DNA of 64,000 nt, from positions 222,732 to 286,731 of the forward strand of contig CAVYBH010000002.1 of NCBI GenBank assembly GCA_963766715.1, in the 5' to 3' direction. This DNA is from an uncultured delta proteobacterium. GTDB taxonomy: Bacteria; Myxococcota; Myxococcia; Myxococcales; Anaeromyxobacteraceae. This document shows, piece by piece, positions 52,464 through 62,907 of this stretch (its first letter is position 1; the number at the start of each line of letters is the position of its first letter). A program made the translations under genes and the position numbers. The notes under the pieces were generated by a model. It saw nothing but the letters and a program-made list of their open reading frames with translations, ran no database searches and was not told the origin of the DNA.

Positions 52464-52969
52464 GGGCGCTCTGCGCGACCATGTTGTTCGCCAGTTGCGC
52501 CACGCTCCCGCCACACGGGGTGCCGTACTCCTTCCCAGAAGAGTTTCGCGCGACCCAGGTTGTCGAGGTGCGACGTGAATCAGGTGATGTCACGCTGTTG
52601 GCAAGCGTCCATCAGGCACCGGAGAACTTCACGGTGACGTTCTTCGAGCCCGCGCTGCAGGCTCCCCTGCTTTCGGCGCGGATCGTGCGCGGAGTCTTTA
52701 TCGAGGAGAGGTTTGCGCAGTTTCCTCTACCGTCCGCGGACGTGGAAAAGCTTGCCAGGCAGGTCGCGGACATCTACGGGGCGCACCACCTGCGGACAGG
52801 GGCCGAGGGCGTATCGAACCAGGTGGGTCCGTGGACGGTGTCGATGTCCGATCCCCAGGGCCAGGCGAGTTGCCGGATACCCGAATGGATCCACCTGCGA
52901 ATAGGAAAACGACAATTTCCGGCCGTCGACGTTCGCACGATCGACGTGCAGTGCGGTCCACGGGAGTAA
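52460..52969 (+). CDS. DUF3261-like lipoprotein (ApeN-like)
   Basis: Lipobox FASC; position directly after the MMPL gene. Confidence 0.6.
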   Translation: MRALCATMLFASCATLPPHGVPYSFPEEFRATQVVEVRRESGDVTLLASVHQAPENFTVTFFEPALQAPLLSARIVRGVFIEERFAQFPLPSADVEKLARQVADIYGAHHLRTGAEGVSNQVGPWTVSMSDPQGQASCRIPEWIHLRIGKRQFPAVDVRTIDVQCGPRE

Positions 52970-53174
52970 AGGCGATCGTCGGATTCCTGGGCGGGCAGGG
53001 TGGGTGAGCCCAAATAGCGGACCGAGTGGCTTGATCAGGACTCGGGCGAGCACTTCACCCCCCGCTGCCGAATCCACCTGGCTGTTGCCAGGCGCTTGCG
53101 GCCGGCTGACGGAGGCCGCGAAATGAAGGACTTGGTCGCGGCCCGCGCCAGGGACCCGGACCACCTGGATTGCG

Positions 53175-53429
53175 CTACTGCTTCTCCGCGACGACCCGCC
53201 CCGCGGCATTGAGGTAGACGCGGTAGCGATTGCCATCCTTGCAGGTGGCGACGTGGTCGTTCTCACCCTTCGTGACCACGCTGACGACCTCGCCGCAGGG
53301 GTGGCCCAGCAGCGCAATCACCGCGGTCATGTCCTTCAGGAGCGCAGCGTCCTCCGCGGCCCGCGAGGATCCGGGGGAGAAGACGCCCAGCGCGATTCCC
53401 AGGGCCAAGGCCATCGTCCGCTTGCTCAT
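53175..53429 (-). CDS. Small secreted protein with two Cys
   Basis: Signal peptide; HPCGEVV...ATCKDGNRY. Confidence 0.7.
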   Translation of the reverse strand: MSKRTMALALGIALGVFSPGSSRAAEDAALLKDMTAVIALLGHPCGEVVSVVTKGENDHVATCKDGNRYRVYLNAAGRVVAEKQ

Positions 53430-53442
53430 GGCGCGTCTCCCG

Positions 53443-54156
53443 TCAGATGGTGGCGAACCTGGCCGGATCGGCCAGGATGTTCCAGATCGGCTCGCGTGAA
53501 TCCACGATCGCGCGGGCCAGGTCGGGGTCCTCGTCCTGCACGGCCGCCAGCACCTTGAGGAGCAGGCGATCGTAGGGAGGCCGCAGCTCGGTCACCGATG
53601 CCCTGGCCTGGCTTGCGTAGTGTTCCCGGAAACGATCCAGCAGATCGTCGACCTGGTTCTTGAGGGCGAGCTTCGTGAACATGCCGATCGCCTTGGTCTC
53701 CCGGAGCCGAGCGACGAGGGCCTTCAAATCCAGGGGCGGCGCCGCCGGCGGCTTCGGCGGCGAAACGGCCGATGCCGGGGGCGCGGACGGGGCGGAAGGC
53801 GGGGACGGTGCGGGGATCGCGGCGGCGGTCGCGGAGCCGCCAGTGGCCTTGGTGGCCGGCTTTGCGGCCGGCGCCGTGGACGGAGCGTTGCTCGGTTTCT
53901 TGGGCGGCGCCTCGGGTGGACTGGCCGCGAGGGCGTCCGGTGCCGGCTGCTGCGTTGCCGCACCCGATGGCGCTGCCGGCGTCTCCGGCGCTGCCCTCAC
54001 CACCGGTGCTTCGGCCAGGGCCGGCCCGGTCTCCGGCGCGCCGCTCCCGTGCGCCGGGGGAGCAACGCCGGCGCAACCGGTCATCAACAACGAGACCAGG
54101 ACCCCGGAGACTCGGACGGCAAATCGCGTTTTGTCCTTGGCGGTTGGGCCCATCAT
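53443..54156 (-). CDS. Lipoprotein with a Pro/Ala linker and helical C-terminal domain
   Basis: Lipobox MTGC; LRETKAIGMFTKLALKNQVDDL. Confidence 0.7.
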   Translation of the reverse strand: MMGPTAKDKTRFAVRVSGVLVSLLMTGCAGVAPPAHGSGAPETGPALAEAPVVRAAPETPAAPSGAATQQPAPDALAASPPEAPPKKPSNAPSTAPAAKPATKATGGSATAAAIPAPSPPSAPSAPPASAVSPPKPPAAPPLDLKALVARLRETKAIGMFTKLALKNQVDDLLDRFREHYASQARASVTELRPPYDRLLLKVLAAVQDEDPDLARAIVDSREPIWNILADPARFATI

Positions 54157-54490
54157 TCCGACACTCCACGAGCGAGTCGTCCCGCTCCTGGGACAACCCT
54201 TATGCGCCTGATCGTATCGGCGCCGACCTTCCTCGCCGAGGGACTGCCCGAGCGGTGCGCAAACCGGCGAATCGTGGGGGAAATGTCTCCTGGCGCCACG
54301 AGCCTGGTGCGGGGCCGAAGATCCCCGTTTCGCTCACGGAGTCGCCCCGGGGCAGTGAAGCGGACGCGTCCGAAAGGCGACCGCTGTCCACGTTCGGCGA
54401 TCGACGAACGAGGCCCGCGCCGACCTGCGCGAGGGACGCCTCAGGGGCGCAAGGGTGCTCCTCCCTGAGATGGCGGGGAGACGCCCCTGC

Positions 54491-54830
54491 TCAGCGTCGA
54501 GTGGCCCGAACCAGGGCGGCGAACTTTCGGTGGAGACGGGCCTCCTGCAGCGCGATGGTCCGCACCTGGGCTGCCAGTCCGTTGTGGATTCCAGGGCCCG
54601 GGCGATGTGTGAGAACTCGCCGATCTCGGCCTCGCTGAAGGTCCCGTCTGCCGCGGCGAGGCGATAGGAATCCCGCAGAAGGCAAAGCCTCAGTCCGGGA
54701 TCGCGGATCCCATCGATGAGGGACTCGCTCGTAACGGACGGGTCCTCGACGAACTTGCCGGCGATGTCGGCGAGGTCCGGCTGGAAGCCGAGGCTCGCGG
54801 CGGGTCTTTGGGCTCTCGGTGGGCTATCCG
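54491..54830 (-). pseudogene. Degraded TerB-like domain gene fragment
   Basis: LLRDSYRLAAADGTFSEAE...IARAL, then a frameshift; no clear start. Confidence 0.45.
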
Positions 54831-55042
54831 AGAGCCCATTCCGGGACATCGTGGGCCATCGCAATGTCCCATGAGAGCCCATCGAGAGGGCATTTCGCCC
54901 ACAAGGTGTGGGCGAGTTCCGATGACACGGCCCGTAGCGGATCTGCGTGGGATGCCCGTCGATGAGTGTCGTTGCCGACGCTTGCTTCTCTGCGGTTCAG
55001 ACGTTCGAAATCCTCCGTCATGGGCTGGAGAAGTAGCCCCGG

Positions 55043-55072
55043 ATGACACCTTCGGTGGCCCCCTGCTAGCCT
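55043..55072 (+). promoter_or_regulatory. Putative sigma70 promoter of kinase 2
   Basis: ATGACA-18 bp-TAGCCT with TGn extension; homologous to 26192-26221. Confidence 0.55.
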
Positions 55073-55098
55073 CCGTGGACTACCCCTGGGGGCTGGCC

Positions 55099-57436
55099 TT
55101 GGCGGGGACCGAGGAGCAGCGCGACAGCGCCGTCGAGTTGAGCGCCGGTGAGCCCGGTCCGCTCTCCCGACTCCTCCAGGAACTGGCCGACGCGCCGGGT
55201 CCAGACATCCTCGATGCATGGCAGGCTGGCCTCCAGCCCGGCGACCGCCTGGATCGCTTCGAGATCCGCCAGGAGGTTGGGAGGGGAGGATTCGGAGCGG
55301 TCTATGAGGCGTTCGACCGTGAACTCGGGCGACGTGTTGCCATCAAGACGCTGCGTCCGGGCCGAACCCGGCAAGAACTCTCGGCAGGCTGGATCAAGAA
55401 GGAAGCCGAGGCAGTGGCGAAGCTCGGCCACCCCTGCATCGTCACCCTCTTTGACGTGTGCAACTGCGCGAGCGGTCCATACCTCGTCATGGAGCTTCTG
55501 GAGGGACGAACGCTCTCCCAGAGACTCGCCGAGGGGCCAGTCCCAGTGGCGGAGGCGCTGCGCATCGCAGAGGAGATGGCGAAGGGGCTCGCCCACGCGC
55601 ACCAGCGTGGCGTGCTGCACCGGGACCTGAAGCCCGCCAACGTCTTCCTCTGCGACGACGGTCGCGTGAAGCTCCTCGACTTCGGGCTCGCGCATCTGCT
55701 GGGCACCGAGGGCGTGAGCGGTGCGGGGACACCGGCGTACATGGCACCCGAGCAGGCCCGGGGTGGGGAGGTAGACCAGCGGGCCGATGTGTACGCCGCT
55801 GGCCGAGTGATGGGCGAGATGCTGGGGGGGCGACGCCCGCGACGGCTGGTCCGAGCCATCGCTCTCGCTACGTCGACCGACCTGGCAGCCCGCCCAAGGG
55901 ACGGGCAAGCGTGGCTGGACCTTCTCGCGACGGTGAGGCATGCGGGCGAGCGGCCAGCACGAATGCGTCGCATCGTACTGCTTGCAGGTCTTGGCGTAGT
56001 CCTCGGTGGTGTGGTCGTCGGTGGCGCAGTCCACCGTGCATCGCGGCCGGTTACAGAGGCGGACGGCAAACCGTCCATCGCCGTGCTCCCGTTCACGGAC
56101 ATGAGTCCGCAGAAAGACCAGGAGTACCTGTCCGACGGCATCGCCGAGGAAATCTTGAACGCGCTGACCAGTGTCGAGGGGCTCAAGGTCGTCGGTCGAT
56201 CGTCGTCCTTCCACTTCAAGGGGAAGGACATCGAGCCATCCGAGGTGGGGCGGCGCCTGGGCGTGAATTCCCTCCTGGAGGGGAGCATCCGAAGGGAAGG
56301 AAGCCGCATCCGCGTCTCGGCCCGCCTCGTGAATGCCGCCGACGGGACCCGGGTTTGGTCGCAAAGCTACGACCGTGAGATGGGCACCATGCTCGTCCTG
56401 CAGGAGGAGATCGCAGTCGAGGTGGCCGGGGCCCTGCGCTCCAGGCTCCGCCCCGGCGCGAAGCCGGAATCGGTCGTCCCGGAGGCGTACCACCAGTACC
56501 TGCTCGCCATGCAGATCATGAGGACTTCGGTCGGATTCGCCGACATGGAGCGCGCGCGCCGGGCGCTGGAGAGAGCCGTGGCGCAGGATCCAGCCTTCGG
56601 CAAGGCGTGGGCTCGACTCGCAACGATCGGGGCCGGGGTCGCCAATCGCGAGCGGGACCCCGTGGCGAGAGATGTGGCGTTCCAGGGGGTTCGCCACGCA
56701 TCGGCCCGAGCCATCGAACTCGCCCCGGATGCCGGGGACGGGTACTCCGCCCGGGGTTTCCTGCGAATGATGCTCGACTACGATTGGGTCGGGGCCAGAA
56801 TCCGACCTCGAGAGGGCCCTCCAGCTCAACCCTTCGGATTCACTCACCGTCGCACGGATGGGGCTCCTGCACGGCGCGATTGGCCAGGTGCCCGAGGCGC
56901 TACGCGTATCCCGGCAGGCCGTCGACCTCGATCCACTCTCGGTCATTCGGCTCGCGGAGCTGGCAGCGGCAAAGCTCGCCGCGGGAGACGCTGACGGAGC
57001 GGAGGACTCCGCTCGACGGGCGATCGAGATTGCGCCGAGGAACGAATGGTCCACGATTCTCCTTGCGCAGGCACTGCTGCTGCGAGACCAGGCTGGCAAG
57101 GTCGTGGAGCTGGCAAGAGCCGACGAGGACGAGGACAGACGGCTCTACCTGATGGCCCTGGCTTCGCGCTCGCCTGGGCAGGTTCCGGCATCCGGTGCCG
57201 CGGCAGATGAGTACCTGGAACGCTTCGGCAAGAAGAATCCGTGGCGTGCGGCGAATGTGGCGGCCTGGTTCGGGCGCACGGACGACGCTTTCCGGTGGCT
57301 GGATCAGGGCCTAGCGATCGGCCGGCCGCACGGCGCCGGCGTGGGCTACTTCCGGAACTCGCCGCTCCTCAACTCCCTCCACTCCGATCCGCGCTGGAAG
57401 CCGTTCCTGCGCAAGATGGGCCTGCCGGTGGACTGA
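55099..57436 (+). CDS. Ser/Thr kinase with TM helix, TolB-N-like domain and TPRs (frameshift near 56800)
   Basis: Kinase motifs; SIAVLPFTDMS...YLSDGIAEEI; TTG start inferred from alignment to the 26250 paralogue. Confidence 0.92.
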
Positions 57437-57570
57437 CAAGAGCGCCAACCCGTCGCCTCCATTCCCACGCGAAAATCCCCGTGTCGGAGACCTTCCCTTC
57501 GCAGCGGATGGATGCCTCACGTAGGGTACAGGGGCCCCAATGAGAGCAGGGTAGAACTGCCCACGGTCGC

Positions 57571-57592
57571 AAAAGAAAAACCCCAGGGTTCA

Positions 57593-57602
<10 letters not shown>
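57571..57602 (-). terminator. Rho-independent terminator after ssrA (similar copy at 35106-35136)
   Basis: ACCCCAGG/CCTGGGGT stem followed by a T-tract on the - strand. Confidence 0.8.
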
Positions 57603-57949
<347 letters not shown>

Positions 57950-57994
57950 GATTGAACGAACTCGAGGTCGAATATAGGGACGGGCCGGACACGG

Positions 57995-59737
57995 TCAAGG
58001 AGACGCTGAATTCATTGACGAAAGGGCGCGCTGGGCCTCGGAATCGGCCGGGTCAATCGCCAGCGCCGCCTGGAAGGCTGCCCGGGCCTCGGCGACCCGT
58101 CCCAGCTTGGCGAGGTGCTGCCCCTGGGCCGTGGCGAGCCGGGCCTCCTCCGGGGCAAGCCGGCGCGCCGCCTGCAGCGTGACCACGGCGCCGGCCAGGT
58201 CTCCTTCCTCGGCCTGGAGGCGCGAGTAGAAATAGAGCGGGGAGGAGACGGTGGGCGCCATGCGCATGGCGCCCAGGAACGCCTGCCGGGCCTCGTCCCG
58301 ATGACCCAGCCCCTGCTCGGCGATGCCCAGGTTCACGCGGGCGCGCCAGTAGCCGGGCGCGACCTGGATGGCATGCCGGAGCACCGGGACGGCCTTCGCG
58401 TACTCCCCTCGGAACGAGTAGGCCACCGCAAGGTTGTTGTTCACCACGACGTCGTCCGGCGCCTTGGGCAACTCCGACTCCCACAGCGCGAGGTCGCTCT
58501 GCCAGTCGGCCGCGCGCACCGCGGATCGGATGCCCAGCACCGCCACCACCGCGAAGACGGCGCCGACCACCACCGGAGAGCGGCGGACCGACCCGACGAG
58601 CGCGCCCGCGGCGATGCAGAAGCCGGCCGACGAGAGGTAGGTGAGCCGCTCGGCCATGAGGACGCCGATGGGAAAGAGGTGCAGGACCGGCAGCAGGGCG
58701 GCGAACGACCAGAGAACCCCGGCAGCCGGGAGGGGAAAGCGCCGGAGGAGGATCGCCGCGCCCACGAGCAAGGGCAGCCAGATGGCGGTCGAGAGGAGGA
58801 AGGTGGCGCCGGGCGCGGCGACGAGCGGCACCCGCGCCGCGTAGGCGAAGTCGGTTCCGAGGAAGGACGGGAAGGACAGGATGCGGAGGTACTCGGCCAG
58901 GATGCGACTGGTGGTGTAGGTCACCGTGGAGCGGGGCACGCCCGCCAGCCACTGGGCCTCGAGGGGTACACCCCGCGGCATTCCCCGGAGCAGGAGGTAG
59001 GGGACGATCGAGAGGGCGAGCGCGCCCCCGATCCCCGCCAGGCGGAGGAGCGCGCTGCGGGAAGCGGAATCGCGGAGGCCGGGGCGTCCGCCCAGCCCCG
59101 CGGCGCCGGGCAGGGCGAAGGCGACGATCCCGTAGAGGAGGGGCGTCACGGCCACTCCCTCGTTCGAGAGGATGCCGAGCGCCAGCAGCCCCACCGCGCC
59201 CGCGAGCCGCCCCAGGCTGCGCGCCGCGCCCCGCCCCGAGAACGCGACCAGCAGCGACCCGAGCGCGAAGGTCGTGGAGAGCAGTTCCTTGCGCCCCACG
59301 AAGGGCGCGATGGCCTCGACGTGCGCGGGGTGGACGGCGAAGAGCAGGCCGGCCACGAGCGCGACCCAGGGCGCCCGGTCGGGCATCGCGGCCTCGGCGA
59401 GCCGCCGCGCGAGCGAGAGCACGAGGAGCGAGGCCGCCAGGTGGAGCAGCAGGTTCACCAGGTGGTAGCCGCCCGGCGCGCGTCCGTGGACGGCGTAGTT
59501 GGCCGCGAAGGTGAGGGTGGTGACGGGCCGGAAGAGCCCGCCCGTCGTCCCGGGACCGCCGTAGTTGTACGGCGCGGTGAGGATCCGGGCGGCGTTCCGG
59601 AGCCCGCCCTGGACGAGCGGGTTCTCCACCACGGCCCAGCCGTCGTCGAGCACCGGCGGGTGAGGAAGCGTCTGGGCGAAAGGCAGGATCGCGGCGAGCG
59701 CGACCAGCACCCATGACTTGCGGAGCAGGCCGGTCAT
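57995..59737 (-). CDS. TMTC-like membrane glycosyltransferase with C-terminal TPRs
   Basis: LDD..V.NP, FRPVTT, YHLVN, FAVHPAHVEAI...GR.E, AERLTY; TPR tail. Confidence 0.85.
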   Translation of the reverse strand: MTGLLRKSWVLVALAAILPFAQTLPHPPVLDDGWAVVENPLVQGGLRNAARILTAPYNYGGPGTTGGLFRPVTTLTFAANYAVHGRAPGGYHLVNLLLHLAASLLVLSLARRLAEAAMPDRAPWVALVAGLLFAVHPAHVEAIAPFVGRKELLSTTFALGSLLVAFSGRGAARSLGRLAGAVGLLALGILSNEGVAVTPLLYGIVAFALPGAAGLGGRPGLRDSASRSALLRLAGIGGALALSIVPYLLLRGMPRGVPLEAQWLAGVPRSTVTYTTSRILAEYLRILSFPSFLGTDFAYAARVPLVAAPGATFLLSTAIWLPLLVGAAILLRRFPLPAAGVLWSFAALLPVLHLFPIGVLMAERLTYLSSAGFCIAAGALVGSVRRSPVVVGAVFAVVAVLGIRSAVRAADWQSDLALWESELPKAPDDVVVNNNLAVAYSFRGEYAKAVPVLRHAIQVAPGYWRARVNLGIAEQGLGHRDEARQAFLGAMRMAPTVSSPLYFYSRLQAEEGDLAGAVVTLQAARRLAPEEARLATAQGQHLAKLGRVAEARAAFQAALAIDPADSEAQRALSSMNSASP

Positions 59738-61356
59738 CGCCAAGCCCCCGGCCGGGCGTAGACCTGCACCAGCGGCACCTCGTCGAGGTAGACGCCGGTC
59801 ACCGGGCGGGCGGTGCGGAACTCGGTCCAGGTCCTGAACTCCCGGTCTCGGAACTCCTGGTGATACTGCCAGATCGAGATGTCGGCGTCCTCGGGGCCGG
59901 AGGCCACGACGAGGTCCGGCCGGAGCCGTCCGTCACGCTGGTACTGCCGGGCGGCGAGCGAGGTGGCCTCCTGGAACCACACCCGCGCGCCGGGCGCCGC
60001 GTGGACGTTCAGGGACGGGAGCACGGCCACCAGATCGTCTCCCCAGAACTGGCGCTGCATGCCCATCGAGGCAGCCCCGGGGGCCCCGCCGGCGAGCTCG
60101 TTCCAGGCCGCGGTGCCGAAGGGGTGGCTGCGCGCCACCTGCCAGGCGGCCGGGGCGAGCGCCAGCGCCGCGAGGACGCCGGTCACGAGCGCCGCCCGCG
60201 CCGGCCAGAGCCGCCGTCCGGCGGTCACGAGCGCTCTCGCCCCCAGGAGCGCCAGGAAGGGCATGGCCGGCATCCAGTGCTTCACGCCCCCGAAGTGCGG
60301 GACGGTCGGCCAGGCGATGAGGGCGACGGGAAATGCGGCGTTCAGGAGCAGGAGCCACTCGGTGGGGAGCGAGACCGAGTCGTCCCGGCCGCGCCAGGCC
60401 GCGACGATCCGGCCCGATGCCTGCGCCACGCCACCCAGCATGGCCACGAGGATGGCCGCGGGGACGGTGAGCGCCGTGACCACGAAGGGATAGCTGGCGG
60501 GGAAGGGGGGCTCGCGCAGCAGCCGCCCGAGGTACATCCACGGGTAGTTCTCGTGGTGGAGGTGGTACCCGAGCCAGTCGCGGATCCGGGGCAGGGTCCG
60601 GTGCCAGAGCCAGGGCCACGACCCCACCAGCACGACCGGGCCCAGGACGGCCATCGCGCCGAAGGCCAGGGGTCCGCGTTCCTCCGCGCCGGCGCCCGAG
60701 GGGCGCTGGCGTCCCCGGACCGAGCCGAGGAGCCAGGCGGCGACCAGGACCAGGGGGATGAACCAGGCGTTGTGCTTGGTGCCGAGCGCGGCTCCGAAGA
60801 GGAGGCCGGTGGCGGTGGCCCATCCGGCGGTCGAGAGCCAGCCGCGCGAGGCGCTGGTGCTTCGCCAGAAGGCGTAGGTCGTCGCCAGCCAGAGCGCGGA
60901 GATGGGCAGGTCGAGCACCGCGGGGTGCGAGTGGTAGAAGTTCCGCGGCACGAGGAAGAAGAGCGCGGGGGAGAGAGCCCCCCCGATCGGCCCTGCGAGG
61001 TCGAAGCCCCACAGCGCGAGCACGACCGCGAGCAGCGCCGCGAAGAGGAAGGCGCCGAAGCGTGATCCCTGGACCTCTCCCGTCCAGCCGAGCCCGTCGG
61101 CGAGCAGCGTCCGGGTGGTCGCGAAGACGCCCTTGGCGAACCCGGGGTGCTCGTGGTTCCACGCGTAGTGACGGTCGGCGAGCTCCAGCACGTTTCCGGG
61201 CGAGCGCAGCGCCTCCCGCCAGAATCGGGCCGAGGCGGCCCCGGCCTCCAGGTAGACGCTCTCGTCCCGGGAGATGCCGACGGCCGGTGCGGTGGCCGCC
61301 GCGACCACGAAGACTCCGACGCCCCAGGCGAGCGCGATGCCCACGCGGACGTTCAC
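59734..61356 (-). CDS. GT-C fold glycosyltransferase (ArnT/PMT-like)
   Basis: ISRDESVY, HEHPGFAK; multiple TM helices. Confidence 0.8.
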   Translation of the reverse strand: MNVRVGIALAWGVGVFVVAAATAPAVGISRDESVYLEAGAASARFWREALRSPGNVLELADRHYAWNHEHPGFAKGVFATTRTLLADGLGWTGEVQGSRFGAFLFAALLAVVLALWGFDLAGPIGGALSPALFFLVPRNFYHSHPAVLDLPISALWLATTYAFWRSTSASRGWLSTAGWATATGLLFGAALGTKHNAWFIPLVLVAAWLLGSVRGRQRPSGAGAEERGPLAFGAMAVLGPVVLVGSWPWLWHRTLPRIRDWLGYHLHHENYPWMYLGRLLREPPFPASYPFVVTALTVPAAILVAMLGGVAQASGRIVAAWRGRDDSVSLPTEWLLLLNAAFPVALIAWPTVPHFGGVKHWMPAMPFLALLGARALVTAGRRLWPARAALVTGVLAALALAPAAWQVARSHPFGTAAWNELAGGAPGAASMGMQRQFWGDDLVAVLPSLNVHAAPGARVWFQEATSLAARQYQRDGRLRPDLVVASGPEDADISIWQYHQEFRDREFRTWTEFRTARPVTGVYLDEVPLVQVYARPGAWR

Positions 61357-62336
61357 GGAAGGCTCTCCAGCTCGAGGCAGACGCCGCGGGGCAGCGGTCC
61401 GGACGGCGTCAGCTCCACCGTCACCTCGCGCGACGGGCCGGAGATGCGGCTGGTGTCGATCTGGAACGGGGTCCAACCCGGGCGTCCCGCCGTGGCCTCG
61501 GCGCGCCCCACCTCCAGGCCGTCGACCTTCACGCGGAGCGAGACCGGGGGAGCGCCGGCCGAGACGTCGCCCACCAGGCCGAGGTGCCCCCGGAGGGCCC
61601 GCCCCAGCGGCACGGCCGGGAAGGAGATCGCCGCGGGCTCGGGCCGGGCGCCCGGGAAGGCCGCCAGGATGCAGGTCCGCGGGAGGAGGTCCACCTCGCG
61701 GATCTCCCGGGAGACGCGCCCGCCCGGACTCCGGATGGTGGCGGACCCCAGGTGGTCGGGGAAGGAGTGGAGCGGCAGGAGCGGCGAGCGGAGGTCGTAC
61801 CGGGTGAGCGTGAGCCGCCCCACCGGCGCGGGCCCCTCCGACCTCTCCGACCGGGATTCGAGCTGGCTCGCGATCTTGCGCGATGCGCCCGGGGCGCCCG
61901 GGAGGGAGACGAGCCAGACCCGCTTCACGCCCGGCAGATCCTCCTCGGCTTCCGCATAGGAGGGCAGGGCGAGGACCGGCAGGGTCAGATCGGGACGCGA
62001 CGGCAAGCGGTCCGGCAGCACCTCGCGGGCGCGCTCGGCCCATGCCGGCGAGAGGGCCACGGCGTCGCCGGGGCGGGCGTCGCGGGCGAGCAGCGTCGCC
62101 ACCGCCTTCCAGTCGGTCGGAGAAGGGAGCCGGCCCGGGAGCGTGGAAAGGAACCAGAGGCCGTGCAGGCTCGCGGCCGCCACCGCCACGGCGAGCAAGC
62201 CCGCCCAGGCCGCGGGCTGCGGCGGCCAGAGCGCGGTCCGTGCCTTGCGGCGCAGCTCGATCCAGCCGGTGGGATCCGGAGGGGGAGGGGCGGGGAGCTT
62301 GTAGCTCGGCCCGTGATGTTCGGGCAGCAGGCTCAC
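61353..62336 (-). CDS. Membrane-anchored hypothetical protein
   Basis: One TM helix; DWKAVA...RPGDAVAL; stop overlaps the next start (GTGA). Confidence 0.65.
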   Translation of the reverse strand: MSLLPEHHGPSYKLPAPPPPDPTGWIELRRKARTALWPPQPAAWAGLLAVAVAAASLHGLWFLSTLPGRLPSPTDWKAVATLLARDARPGDAVALSPAWAERAREVLPDRLPSRPDLTLPVLALPSYAEAEEDLPGVKRVWLVSLPGAPGASRKIASQLESRSERSEGPAPVGRLTLTRYDLRSPLLPLHSFPDHLGSATIRSPGGRVSREIREVDLLPRTCILAAFPGARPEPAAISFPAVPLGRALRGHLGLVGDVSAGAPPVSLRVKVDGLEVGRAEATAGRPGWTPFQIDTSRISGPSREVTVELTPSGPLPRGVCLELESLP

Positions 62337-62361
62337 GGGCGAGGCGGCCGGCCGAGGTCGC

Positions 62362-62907
62362 TCAGGTCTTGGCGAGGCGGATGCGCCGCTCGCTCTTGTC
62401 CCGGCAGAACGAGTCGAGCTCGAACTCGGGATCGTCGGGCAGCGTGGGGGACCACGACGGGTGCATGGCGCAGCGAGCGTCGTAGCAGTGGTGGAGGTCC
62501 CAGAGGTGGCCGATGAAGTGGATCGACTCGCGGGCCAGGCGTCGCCGGAACACCTCGATGGAGGCCTCGGTGACGCCGCGGGGCTTGAAGCGGAAGGTGG
62601 AGATGATGGCCCGGTCACCGCCCTGCTCGGCGTATCCCCAGGTGGGCGGCTCTCCCAGCGGTCCCTTCGGGATCGCCAGCTCCACGTCGGTGATGTAGAG
62701 CACCTTGTCGTCGGCGTAGGCCCGCACCGGCGGCGCGTCGTCGAGGAGCTTGATGGCGTCGTACCGCCCGTCCTCGCGCGCGCCCTTCTTCGGCAGGGGG
62801 CGTTCCCCGACGTGCTCGGTGCCGACGCCGAAGGAGCGGTACAGCGTCTTCGAGAGGTGGGTGATGTCCCCCTCGTCGTAGGCGGCGAGCGTGACGATCC
62901 GGATCAC
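62362..62907 (-). CDS. carG: CarG, zinc-binding archaemetzincin-like partner of CarD
   Basis: HFIGHLWDLHHC....C.M motif without the catalytic Glu; translationally coupled to carD. Confidence 0.85.
   Translation of the reverse strand: MIRIVTLAAYDEGDITHLSKTLYRSFGVGTEHVGERPLPKKGAREDGRYDAIKLLDDAPPVRAYADDKVLYITDVELAIPKGPLGEPPTWGYAEQGGDRAIISTFRFKPRGVTEASIEVFRRRLARESIHFIGHLWDLHHCYDARCAMHPSWSPTLPDDPEFELDSFCRDKSERRIRLAKT

Noticed and set aside
54200..54490. Possible structured RNA (GC stems, GAAA loop)
   Set aside because: No recognisable riboswitch consensus; such stems are expected at this GC content. An Infernal/Rfam search would be needed.
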